Shown in pieces: positions 1-8,122 of a stretch of DNA of 64,000 nucleotides. Made by a program: the position numbers and the translations under genes. Position 1 is the first letter of the stretch; every line of letters starts with the position of its first letter. The stretch comes from an uncultured Candidatus Actinomarina sp. (GTDB lineage: Bacteria > Actinomycetota > Acidimicrobiia > Actinomarinales > Actinomarinaceae). The stretch lies in NCBI GenBank assembly GCA_902593475.1, contig CACJIM010000005.1, positions 116 to 64,115 of the forward strand. The letters are read 5' to 3'. Below the pieces are notes generated by a model. That model did no database searches. It saw only the letters and a program-made list of their open reading frames with translations, and was not told the DNA's origin.

Positions 1-1
1 C

Positions 2-1849
2 GCAGGAGTTAAAACTTCAAATACATCCTCTCAAGATACTGAACCTCCAAAATGGGGCAATGATTCCCTACAGCTTACAAGAGTAAACGGAACATTCCTT
101 GATATCCTTTGGGGTCATGTAACTGACAATAATGGTATTGATAAGCTCCACCTGTATATTGATGGAGAATTACATTCCTCAGTTGATGGTAATGGTTGTA
201 TATCAAGCTGTAGTAGTACTACAAGTGAGACAAGGTTTAAAGTTACAAATTTATTAGTAGATACTTCATACATATTTGAAGTTGTAGCTTGTGACAGTTC
301 TGGAAACTGTTCAAAAAACAACCCAACAACAGCACAGATACTTGTTGATAAGCCACCAATTTGGGACGATTCTAATCCACCTGTTGTAGATAACCTAGGT
401 GAGAGATTTGATTTATCTATACCTACTAACTCAGCGATTGATGATATAGGAGTAGTGTCTTACGAAGTGTATGTAAATGGCGTACTTGCATCTTATACAA
501 AAATTTCTGATTCCTATTTTTCAGTCCTACCTGCATTCGACACAACTTGCGGGAAGCAAATTGTGTATGTAATAGCATATGATACTGCTGGTCAATCCTC
601 TCAGAGTACCCCAATAACATTTGAAAGATCTGCATGTTCAGTAGTTGTAACTACAACTACAACTACTTTGCCTGGTACACCAACAGTCACTATTACGGCT
701 TCTCAAGTAAGCGATGGGGATACCTCTGCTGATAGCTCAATTACTCTCACTTTTACTACAAGTGCAAGCACAACTAACTTTGCAGCTGGAGATGTTACCG
801 TCAGTGGTGGAACACTCACTAATTTTATAGGATTTCAAACAGAATATAATGCAACATTTACGCCTACTGGTGTCGGTGCAACAACTATTGATGTTGCTGC
901 AAATACATTTACTAATACTGCTACAGGTATAAGCAATGTAGCTGCTGCACAGTTCAACTGGACGTATAGCCCTGCACCTACTATGACTATTACTGCTGCT
1001 GAAGTAAATGATGGAGATACATCAAATGACAGTTCTTTATCTCTCACCTTTACTGCAAGCCAGAGTACAACAAACTTTGCAATTGGAGATGTTGTTGTCG
1101 GTGGTGGAACACTCAGTAATTTTTCAGGATCTGGTACAACCTATACAGCAACCTTTACACCTAGTGCTGAAGGTGCTACAACAATTGATGTAGCTGCAAA
1201 TTCATTTACTAACGCATTTAACACGAACAATACAGCTGCTACACAGTTCAACTGGACATATAGCACTGTATCTGCTTCCACTACGAGCGCAAACAGATGG
1301 GTAATTGCTGTTATTGATGAAACTGGTGGAGCATATAATTGTGCAGGTGGTGTATCTAATAGTTATCCTGGACCACAGCACAATGGTTACTGCGATGTAG
1401 ATGGTGCATGGGGTGAGTTTAGAACACTATGGCCAAATAGAAAGTTTTTCTTAATAGAACCTTGGGGTAGTACCGGCCAACAAAGTTTAACTGGGCTAGA
1501 TCAATCAATAGGAACTTCTTCTAGAATAAAAATGCCTACAGCATTCGTAACAGAGGCTCAAGCTGGGGTGAATGCAGTTTACATCCAAAGTACGAGAAAT
1601 ACTGGCGGTACAAATTGGTGGAGTAAAATCGGTGGTAGCAGTCTTCCAAGCGGTGCAGAGGTAATTCTCTGGGTTGATAATTCAGGAAGTTTAACTACTG
1701 CTAAGGTTCAAACAGAATATAATGCCTTCAAAGCTGCTGCTGCAGCTGCAAATATAACGGTGACAGAGGTTACTAATTTAACAGAAGGTCAGGGTGGAAG
1801 TCTCAAAAAAGAAGACTGGATTAATCCATTTGATCCTGATTATCCGTAA
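2..1849 (+). CDS. Repeat-rich secreted/surface protein, 5' end lies outside the window
   Basis: The frame of the listed 455..1849 ORF stays open back to nt 2 (my translation: AGVKTSNTSSQDTEPPKWGNDSLQLTRVNGTFLDILWGHVTDNNGIDKLHLYIDGE...). The listed 'MSYEV' start is internal (..DDIGVVSYEVYVNG). It has FN3/Ig-like modules, a poly-Thr linker, two tandem Ig-like repeats and a C-terminal domain of about 190 aa with no family call. Confidence 0.75.
   Translation, partial: AGVKTSNTSSQDTEPPKWGNDSLQLTRVNGTFLDILWGHVTDNNGIDKLHLYIDGELHSSVDGNGCISSCSSTTSETRFKVTNLLVDTSYIFEVVACDSSGNCSKNNPTTAQILVDKPPIWDDSNPPVVDNLGERFDLSIPTNSAIDDIGVVSYEVYVNGVLASYTKISDSYFSVLPAFDTTCGKQIVYVIAYDTAGQSSQSTPITFERSACSVVVTTTTTTLPGTPTVTITASQVSDGDTSADSSITLTFTTSASTTNFAAGDVTVSGGTLTNFIGFQTEYNATFTPTGVGATTIDVAANTFTNTATGISNVAAAQFNWTYSPAPTMTITAAEVNDGDTSNDSSLSLTFTASQSTTNFAIGDVVVGGGTLSNFSGSGTTYTATFTPSAEGATTIDVAANSFTNAFNTNNTAATQFNWTYSTVSASTTSANRWVIAVIDETGGAYNCAGGVSNSYPGPQHNGYCDVDGAWGEFRTLWPNRKFFLIEPWGSTGQQSLTGLDQSIGTSSRIKMPTAFVTEAQAGVNAVYIQSTRNTGGTNWWSKIGGSSLPSGAEVILWVDNSGSLTTAKVQTEYNAFKAAAAAANITVTEVTNLTEGQGGSLKKEDWINPFDPDYP
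680..1264 (+). repeat. Intragenic tandem duplication encoding two ~97-aa Ig-like modules (680..970 and 977..1264)
   Basis: PTVTITASQVSDGDTSADSSITLTFT..TTIDVAANTFTN..AAQFNWTYS versus PTMTITAAEVNDGDTSNDSSLSLTFT..TTIDVAANSFTN..ATQFNWTYS. Confidence 0.85.
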
Positions 1850-1897
1850 ACTTTTTTAACATAAACATATCGAAATATGTAACTCTAGAATTCAATC

Positions 1898-2410
1898 ATG
1901 GAAAAAGTTATTGCAATTGCAATACCAGGCCTATTTATAGTTGGAATTATATGGCTAATTATTGCATCAAATAAAAGGATAAATAATGCCCTTTCAACTG
2001 CTTCAAAAACTTTAGGTTTTACTTATATACCCTCTAAAAACATATTCAGAAAGAAAAGAATATTTGGTGAATTAGATGGATACAACTGTGAAGTGGAAGT
2101 CTACACAAGAACTCACGGTAAGTCCTCAACAACATATGTCTCTTTCTTTGCTTATTTTCCAGAGAGCTTTGATATGGGATTGAAGATTAATTGGCGAGGT
2201 GAGTTTGATGGAGATGATGAGTATCTGACAGACCTATTTATAAAACGAAATGAAGAACTTATAGAGGCATCAAAGAAGAACCTAAGAAGACTAAGAGTAG
2301 AGGATGCATTTGTAAATTCGAGAAAAGTCTTATTTAGAAAATATTACAAAGCTGATGAGATTGTAAAAACAATGCGAGATGTACTTAACTTAGCAAAAGC
2401 AATTAAGTAG
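1898..2410 (+). CDS. Hypothetical N-terminally membrane-anchored protein
   Basis: 170-aa ORF with one N-terminal hydrophobic helix (IAIAIPGLFIVGIIWLIIA). No recognisable family motif. Confidence 0.5.
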   Translation: MEKVIAIAIPGLFIVGIIWLIIASNKRINNALSTASKTLGFTYIPSKNIFRKKRIFGELDGYNCEVEVYTRTHGKSSTTYVSFFAYFPESFDMGLKINWRGEFDGDDEYLTDLFIKRNEELIEASKKNLRRLRVEDAFVNSRKVLFRKYYKADEIVKTMRDVLNLAKAIK

Positions 2411-3083
2411 TCTTTTTAGCTAACTCTCTTCTAGAGAAATAAATAATAACTGGAACTAGAAATACGTTAGGCATTGCCCAGTTCATCCATTCTTGTGGAA
2501 ACAATTCAATAGTACTGATAAATGCAGTAGTAGCAGCAATTGTTCCAGCAAGCATAAGACTTAAATGAGTGCTGGTTCTGTCGTAAAAATTCGGTTTATC
2601 TGTTTTTCTATATCTGTTGAGATCATATGCTGTGATATACATAGCCCCAATTCCAAAAATTATTGATATAGTATTCATTCCTTCAAACTGACCATAAAAA
2701 CCATAATTAATTAGTCCTGCTGCGTTCAGAAACAACAATACTCCGGCAATAAACATTAGCAATGTGAGAGCTTTATCCACATTCTCCCTAGCGCCAGTTC
2801 GGACTTTTGCTTGTCTATATCCAGCAAAAGCAAAATAAAATGAGAAAATTGCTATAGCAAACAAAAATGGTTGCACAACACCCATCATGCTGAGTGGTAT
2901 AGCGGTTACAAAAATAGTTGACATACCATAGACGTAGTACATTCCATACTTTTTATGACGCTTGTCGCCTTTTTTTAGAAATAATAGTAAATAAGCTGTT
3001 CCCAAAGACACAAACCCAGCCAAAATATGAATATATAATAGTGGTTTTTCTAAATCTGTGTAAACACCATCGATTAATGTCAT
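2403..3083 (-). CDS. Polytopic membrane protein (possibly DUF2306-like)
   Basis: 226 aa with about 6 hydrophobic spans. Divergent from the TetR gene. Family assignment is weak, from memory. Confidence 0.5.
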   Translation of the reverse strand: MTLIDGVYTDLEKPLLYIHILAGFVSLGTAYLLLFLKKGDKRHKKYGMYYVYGMSTIFVTAIPLSMMGVVQPFLFAIAIFSFYFAFAGYRQAKVRTGARENVDKALTLLMFIAGVLLFLNAAGLINYGFYGQFEGMNTISIIFGIGAMYITAYDLNRYRKTDKPNFYDRTSTHLSLMLAGTIAATTAFISTIELFPQEWMNWAMPNVFLVPVIIYFSRRELAKKTT

Positions 3084-3141
3084 GACATTAGTTCCTTTCT
3101 TAAAGCTTCAAAATATTTCATCATTATACTTCAAATCCTGT

Positions 3142-3166
3142 TATAATGTATACTTAGTCAACATTA
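3142..3166 (+). promoter_or_regulatory. Candidate -10 box (TATAAT 3142..3147) overlapped by inverted repeat TAATGT-n11-ACATTA (3144..3166); possible TetR operator
   Basis: Read directly in the 90-nt divergent intergenic region, 8 nt upstream of the TetR ATG. The arms are short and AT-rich, so this could be chance. Confidence 0.25.
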
Positions 3167-3173
3167 ATCTTAT

Positions 3174-3737
3174 ATGAGCTATCACAAAGAAAATCTGAAA
3201 GAGCAATTTGCTCAAATTGCATGGAACATCTGCAAAACAGAGTCTTGGCAGAAAGTTAATATACGAAGGGTTGCTCAGAAAGCTGGGGTTTCAAATAATG
3301 CCTTTTATAGACATTTTAAAGACAAAAATGATCTTAAAGCAGAATTGATGCGGAGGGGTTTCGAAACTCTTAATGAAGGCATGAGGGATGTAACTAATAA
3401 TTTCTCAAGTTACGGAGCTCATTACATAAGATTTGGATTGGACTACCCGCATATTTACGATTTGATGTTTGGGAATACGGATTTAGATATGTCTCTTTAT
3501 CCTGATTTAGAAGTTCTGTCCAATGGATCCTTTAGCGGGATAGTTGAAGGACTGAAAGCTTTTATGCCTGATGAGTCAGATAACGATATCATGATAAAAG
3601 CATACAATGTTTGGGCATCTGTTCATGGGATAGTGCTAATTTTGAGGCAATCGAAATGGGAAGGAAATCGAACTGAAACTCTTGAATGGATTGAGAATAA
3701 CTTAGAAGAATATTTAGAAATTACAACTTTTGGTTGA
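3174..3737 (+). CDS. TetR/AcrR-family transcriptional regulator
   Basis: N-terminal HTH 'VNIRRVAQKAGVSNNAFYRHFKDKNDLKAELM' and typical size of about 190 aa. Confidence 0.8.
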   Translation: MSYHKENLKEQFAQIAWNICKTESWQKVNIRRVAQKAGVSNNAFYRHFKDKNDLKAELMRRGFETLNEGMRDVTNNFSSYGAHYIRFGLDYPHIYDLMFGNTDLDMSLYPDLEVLSNGSFSGIVEGLKAFMPDESDNDIMIKAYNVWASVHGIVLILRQSKWEGNRTETLEWIENNLEEYLEITTFG

Positions 3738-3775
3738 AGGTTGCTATCAACTCATTCGAGGACTACCAAATATCC

Positions 3776-3934
3776 TCATATATCTAGTAAATAGAGTACT
3801 CCTACGCCAAGACCTATAGCTAAAAGAGTAAGCACAGCAACTTTGTATGTTTTAGGACTTTTCCAATCTACATTTTTAATATTGATTATCGTTGCAAATG
3901 CAGCAATTATTAGGCCTATGTCATAGAACTCCAT
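3776..3934 (-). CDS. Small (52 aa) two-helix membrane peptide, not in the ORF track
   Basis: My translation: MEFYDIGLIIAAFATIINIKNVDWKSPKTYKVAVLTLLAIGLGVGVLYLLDI*. It starts 18 nt downstream of the pntB stop on the same strand. No clear RBS. Confidence 0.3.
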   Translation of the reverse strand: MEFYDIGLIIAAFATIINIKNVDWKSPKTYKVAVLTLLAIGLGVGVLYLLDI

Positions 3935-3952
3935 ACGGGAACTTTAGTCTAT

Positions 3953-5287
3953 TTAAACTAATTCGAAGGATTTAATAATATTTTCTAAACCCTCTTTTGC
4001 ATCTGCAAAAAGCATTTTTGCATTGTCATTTATAAATAGTGGATTTGCAATACCTGCATAACCAGGCGACATAGATCTTTTTATCACGATGACTTGTTTT
4101 GCTAGGTCTACATCAAGTATTGGCATTCCATAAATTGGAGAGTCTTCATCAGTTCTAGCCAATGGATTTACAACATCATTTGCTCCAAGAACTATTACAA
4201 CATCCGTTGAGGAAAACTCAGAATTTATATCTTCTAAGGTAAACATATCTTCATAGTCAATATCTACCTCAGCTAAAAGTACGTTCATGTGTCCAGGCAT
4301 TCTTCCAGCAACTGGATGTATAGCAAACTTCACTTCAATGTTTTTATCTTTTAAGGTATTAGTTAATTCTTTTACAGCTGCCTGTGCTTGAGCTACTGCC
4401 ATTCCATAACCTGGAACAATAACTACAGATTCTGCATAGCTTAACTGGATTGCAACGTCTTCAGGGGAAGTGCTTATTGGTTCTTTATCATATTCATTGT
4501 TAATAGCTGTACCACCAAATCCACCCTTTAAAACATCTAAAAGTGTTCGATTCATTGCAGCACACATAAGGAGTGTGAGAATTATTCCAGATGCACCTAC
4601 TAAGGCACCAGCTACGATCAAAATAATACTATTTACAATAAACCCAGCAGACATCGCCGCAATTCCAGAAAGTGAATTTAAGAATGCTATGACAACTGGC
4701 ATGTCAGCTCCACCAATTACTGCAACTCTTATGATTCCAGCAATTAGTGCAAGAAGCATAAAGTATTCAAGGGATAATATTTCCATTTCTTCCCAAATTG
4801 CAGGTAATAAAATTAGAGGTGGTAAGAAAGCTGAAAAGATGTTGGCGATAGTTGTATTTACATTGTTTAACTTTCCACGAAGCTTTAGAACAGCAATGAT
4901 GCTTCCAGAGAAAGTAAACACACCAATAACCATAGAAAATATGGCTACAAAAAAATCAGACATAACTAACGAATTGTTTGATAACTCAACATATGCAATT
5001 GCTCCAGAAGCTCCTCCACCAAAGCCATTAAACAAACCAACTAGTTCTGGCATTTGTGTCATCTGAACACGTTTTGATATTAAAACTCCAAGAAGTCCTG
5101 AAACAACAATTGTGATATAAAAAGCAGAATCATATTTAGAAAAATCAAAATTGAATGCGCTAAAAACAGCTAATGCCATGGCCAACATAGCAAAAGTATT
5201 TGCTCTATGTGCCGTTGACGGTCTTCCAAAGAGTTTCAAGGCGAAGATAAAGAGTACAGATGAGACAAGTAGTATTATTTCAATCAT
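3953..5287 (-). CDS. pntB: NAD(P) transhydrogenase subunit beta
   Basis: Polytopic N-half plus soluble dIII half with 'PGYGMAVAQAQ', 'HPVAGRMPGHMNVLLAE' and 'GANDVVNP'. 8-nt overlap with pntAB. Confidence 0.93.
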   Translation of the reverse strand: MIEIILLVSSVLFIFALKLFGRPSTAHRANTFAMLAMALAVFSAFNFDFSKYDSAFYITIVVSGLLGVLISKRVQMTQMPELVGLFNGFGGGASGAIAYVELSNNSLVMSDFFVAIFSMVIGVFTFSGSIIAVLKLRGKLNNVNTTIANIFSAFLPPLILLPAIWEEMEILSLEYFMLLALIAGIIRVAVIGGADMPVVIAFLNSLSGIAAMSAGFIVNSIILIVAGALVGASGIILTLLMCAAMNRTLLDVLKGGFGGTAINNEYDKEPISTSPEDVAIQLSYAESVVIVPGYGMAVAQAQAAVKELTNTLKDKNIEVKFAIHPVAGRMPGHMNVLLAEVDIDYEDMFTLEDINSEFSSTDVVIVLGANDVVNPLARTDEDSPIYGMPILDVDLAKQVIVIKRSMSPGYAGIANPLFINDNAKMLFADAKEGLENIIKSFELV

Positions 5288-5567
5288 TTTTCTTAAACAT
5301 TTCTAATATTCGACCAGTTACTGAAAACCCACCGACAATATTTAGGGTTGCAAATGCTATTGCAATTAAAACAATAATTTTAAGCAATTGAGACTCTCCT
5401 ACTTCTGGGTATATAAGAATTGCTGCAATCAATGTAATTCCAGAAATAGCATTGGAACCAGACATCAGCGGAGTGTGTAGTGTCTGTGGAATTTTAGATA
5501 TAAGTTCATATCCAATAAAGCTTGCCAAAAATGTTATCAACAATGTAAGTAGGAATGTTGCTTCCAT
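5280..5567 (-). CDS. pntAB: NAD(P) transhydrogenase subunit alpha, part 2 (membrane)
   Basis: 95 aa, 3 TM, with the 'LHTPLMSGSNAISGI' signature. Confidence 0.9.
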   Translation of the reverse strand: MEATFLLTLLITFLASFIGYELISKIPQTLHTPLMSGSNAISGITLIAAILIYPEVGESQLLKIIVLIAIAFATLNIVGGFSVTGRILEMFKKND

Positions 5568-6580
5568 TATGAACTCATCTCCACAAAAATCTCATCGTCA
5601 CTATTTTCTATATATAGCTCAATTAAATTTCTTACATTCTCTGAATACAGCTTTGTAGCTGCATGTTTAACAGTGTTTAAGATATTTGTTTCACCAACTA
5701 TCTTTACACCATTAATCTCAACAACTTTGTCCACCTCTGTGCCTTCACAGTTTCCACCAGTACCAGCAGCTAGGTCAATAATTACAGAGTTCTCTTTCAT
5801 GTTTTCAACAGTTGACTTTTCAATCAAGACAGGTGCTTTCTTTCCTGGTATTTGAGCAAATGTTAAAACAATATCGCTATCAATTACTTGTTTCTTTAAT
5901 GCTTCTTGAATTTTCTGGTTCTCTTCTTCTGAGACTTCTTGTGCGTATACGCTATCTTGAGCTTCAGTGCTTGCTTCAACAAATTTAGCACCTAAAGACT
6001 CCACTTGGTCCTTAGCCTCTTTTCTAATATCGAAAGCCCACACTCTAGCCCCAAGTCTTTTTGCAGTGGCAATTGCTTGAAGGCCTGCAACCCCTACTCC
6101 AAGGATTAATACTTTTGATGGTTGGATATTTCCTGCTGCAGTTGTCATCATTGGTACGACGTCTGATGTCTCTTTTGCTGCTCGTAAGACTGAGGCGTAT
6201 CCAAGCAAGTTTGCTTGAGAAGAAAGGGCGTCTAGGTTTTGAGCTCTTGAGATTCTAGGAAGTTTAAAAAAACTTAATACTTTTAGATCAGGTCTTAAAC
6301 TTTTTATCTCTTCGATCTTATCAAAATCAAATATACCAATAAGAACTGCTCCTTCTTTAAGTTCCTTTATTGTTTTATCTTGGATATTTTCTACACAGGC
6401 AACAATGTCTAAATCACTTAAGTTAGATATATTTTTTACATTGTCTAGGGAAGAATCTGCGTAATTTAAGTAATCAAATATATTTTTCTCCAAATGAACA
6501 TCTGATGAATATTTCTCAATAGATTCAGGGTGAATTGGAGCCCTGTACCCATCAACATCTGTTAAAAATCCTATTTTCAT
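5567..6580 (-). CDS. pntAA: NAD(P) transhydrogenase subunit alpha, part 1 (AlaDH/PNT domain)
   Basis: Rossmann segment 'VLILGVGVAGLQAIATAKRLGARVWAFDIR' and operon context pntAA-pntAB-pntB. Confidence 0.9.
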   Translation of the reverse strand: MKIGFLTDVDGYRAPIHPESIEKYSSDVHLEKNIFDYLNYADSSLDNVKNISNLSDLDIVACVENIQDKTIKELKEGAVLIGIFDFDKIEEIKSLRPDLKVLSFFKLPRISRAQNLDALSSQANLLGYASVLRAAKETSDVVPMMTTAAGNIQPSKVLILGVGVAGLQAIATAKRLGARVWAFDIRKEAKDQVESLGAKFVEASTEAQDSVYAQEVSEEENQKIQEALKKQVIDSDIVLTFAQIPGKKAPVLIEKSTVENMKENSVIIDLAAGTGGNCEGTEVDKVVEINGVKIVGETNILNTVKHAATKLYSENVRNLIELYIENSDDEIFVEMSS

Positions 6581-6635
6581 ACTTTCCTAGTTTAAATATG
6601 CTGGCAACTTACTAAGAATTAAATAAAATACATAC

Positions 6636-7676
6636 ATGAATATTGCTGTTTTTAGTGACAAGTTTTCTGGTACGTTAAGCGCCATTGAAGTACTTAATAT
6701 TGTTCAAGGTAAGTTTTTGGATTCAAATATTAATGCAGACTTTTTCAGCGTTACCGATGGTGGGCAAGAAAGTACAGAAATTTTTAAAAGTCACAATTTT
6801 CAAACTCTTGAAAGTTTTGAAGCTTTGAATTGTGATAATTCTCTCTCAGTAGTTGAATCATTAAACATAAACGGGAGTGTTTTTTTTGAATCAGCTCAAT
6901 TAATTGGTGTTGATTCAGAAAATGAATCCATGTCGATAAATACAGGATGTTTGCTTGAGGCAGTTCAAAAAACAGAAGTTCTTGGAACAGGTGGCTCAAA
7001 AACTATTGATTTTGGAATAGGGCTCTTAAGTAAGTTGGGTATGGAATTCATCTCTAATGGTGAAACTTTAGTAAATCCTGTTCCCAAAGACTTTTCTTAT
7101 ATAGATCAAATTAAAGCAACCAATTTTAAATCTAATTTAGAAAATAGAATTTTAAGTGATACCAATATTTCTCTGCTTGGTGAGAATTCAGCTTTTGATG
7201 TTTTTGGACCTCAAAAAGGTTTATCTGAGAAAGATATACATAAACACAAATTAGAGGTTGAGAGATTGATAACGCTAATTGATAAAGAGCTTGTTTTAGG
7301 TTTAAATCCAACTGAAATTAACTCAGGAGCAGCAGGTGGTTTAACATTTGCATTAAATCAAATTCTTGGCTGTGAAATTGAAAACGGTGCAAAATACTTT
7401 TTAAAGGAAACAAATTTAATCAATCAATTAGAAAATTATGACATTGGTATCTTTTGTGAAGGAAGATTTGATGAATCATCATTAGAAGGAAAAATAATTG
7501 GAGAGTTGTTGAAAAATTTTAAAGGACGTAGGTATTTTTTGGGTGGGCAGTATACAGCAAAAAATGAAGATATTTTTACAAGCTATTTCCAGTGTGGGCC
7601 TGAAGGTGTCAGTGATCCAAAAAGCTCATTAGAGATTGCTACAAATGGATTAATTAAAGAAATACAAAAGCATTAA
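6636..7676 (+). CDS. Glycerate kinase family protein (divergent, short)
   Basis: 'FSDKFSGTLSAIEV' (cf. DSFKGSLSA.EV), 'DGGQES' (cf. DGGEGT) and C-terminal 'CEGRFDESSLEGKIIG' (cf. GEGRLD.Q...GK). Confidence 0.6.
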   Translation: MNIAVFSDKFSGTLSAIEVLNIVQGKFLDSNINADFFSVTDGGQESTEIFKSHNFQTLESFEALNCDNSLSVVESLNINGSVFFESAQLIGVDSENESMSINTGCLLEAVQKTEVLGTGGSKTIDFGIGLLSKLGMEFISNGETLVNPVPKDFSYIDQIKATNFKSNLENRILSDTNISLLGENSAFDVFGPQKGLSEKDIHKHKLEVERLITLIDKELVLGLNPTEINSGAAGGLTFALNQILGCEIENGAKYFLKETNLINQLENYDIGIFCEGRFDESSLEGKIIGELLKNFKGRRYFLGGQYTAKNEDIFTSYFQCGPEGVSDPKSSLEIATNGLIKEIQKH

Positions 7677-7685
7677 TATCTCATT

Positions 7686-7943
7686 ATGACAATTCCTTCG
7701 CCATGTATAAGTGTTTGTGTAACAGATCCTGGTAGTGACTTATGTTACGGATGTGCAAGGACTACGCCTGAAATAGCTAAGTGGTCAAAATTTACAGATG
7801 AAGAGAAAAAACAAGTAATTGAAATAAGCAGATCAAGGATGTCGGGTTGGCAGTTAGAGGCTTTTGATAAGGCCTATAAGGAAATTTTAGAAACCGGATC
7901 CAGTCCAATAAAAAAGCAAAAGCTACAAAACAAACAAGACTAG
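7686..7943 (+). CDS. DUF1289-family small Cys-rich (Fe-S-like) protein
   Basis: 'SPCISVCVTDPGSDLCYGCARTTPEIAKW' is the typical C-x3-C...C-x2-C DUF1289 core. Confidence 0.7.
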   Translation: MTIPSPCISVCVTDPGSDLCYGCARTTPEIAKWSKFTDEEKKQVIEISRSRMSGWQLEAFDKAYKEILETGSSPIKKQKLQNKQD

Positions 7944-7950
7944 TTATCTT

Positions 7951-8109
7951 TTAAAACTTTTTGCGATAATAAACAAGAAATGCAATAAAAGCTGCGAATG
8001 TCAGAGCATTAGAAATATTTATTGGATTGGGCATATCAGCCCAAACACCTGTTGCAAAAGCTAAAAACCATAAGATTACAGCAAGAAGAGGCCAATTTAA
8101 TTTCTTCAT
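7951..8109 (-). CDS. Small (52 aa) membrane peptide, not in the ORF track
   Basis: My translation: MKKLNWPLLAVILWFLAFATGVWADMPNPINISNALTFAAFIAFLVYYRKKF*. It starts 13 nt after the GH57 stop, with AGGA about 9 nt upstream of the ATG. Confidence 0.35.
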   Translation of the reverse strand: MKKLNWPLLAVILWFLAFATGVWADMPNPINISNALTFAAFIAFLVYYRKKF

Positions 8110-8122
8110 ACTAGGAATCCTA

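Noticed and set aside
1660-1700. 'VILWVDNSGSL' in the surface-protein C-terminal domain resembles a vWA MIDAS (DxSxS) motif.
   Set aside because: Only about 60 residues follow it, too few for a vWA fold. No supporting downstream T/D MIDAS residues could be placed. The domain is left unassigned.
3130-3141. 12-nt identity (ttcaaatcctgt) to the T-arm of tRNA-Val (39379..39390), considered as a possible att remnant.
   Set aside because: One such 12-mer hit is about what chance predicts for a 74-nt query against both strands of 64 kb. It lies 36 kb upstream of the tRNA, on the wrong side for a 3'-end integration repeat.
4470-5066. Long plus-strand ORF (198 aa) inside pntB. Similar antisense ORFs occur at 11283..11699, 11807..12325, 15796..16149, 16023..16352, 18999..19274, 34458..34700 and 41888..42133.
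   Set aside because: Each lies entirely antisense to a CDS with strong family motifs. They have low-complexity or odd composition and no motifs of their own, so they are shadow ORFs.
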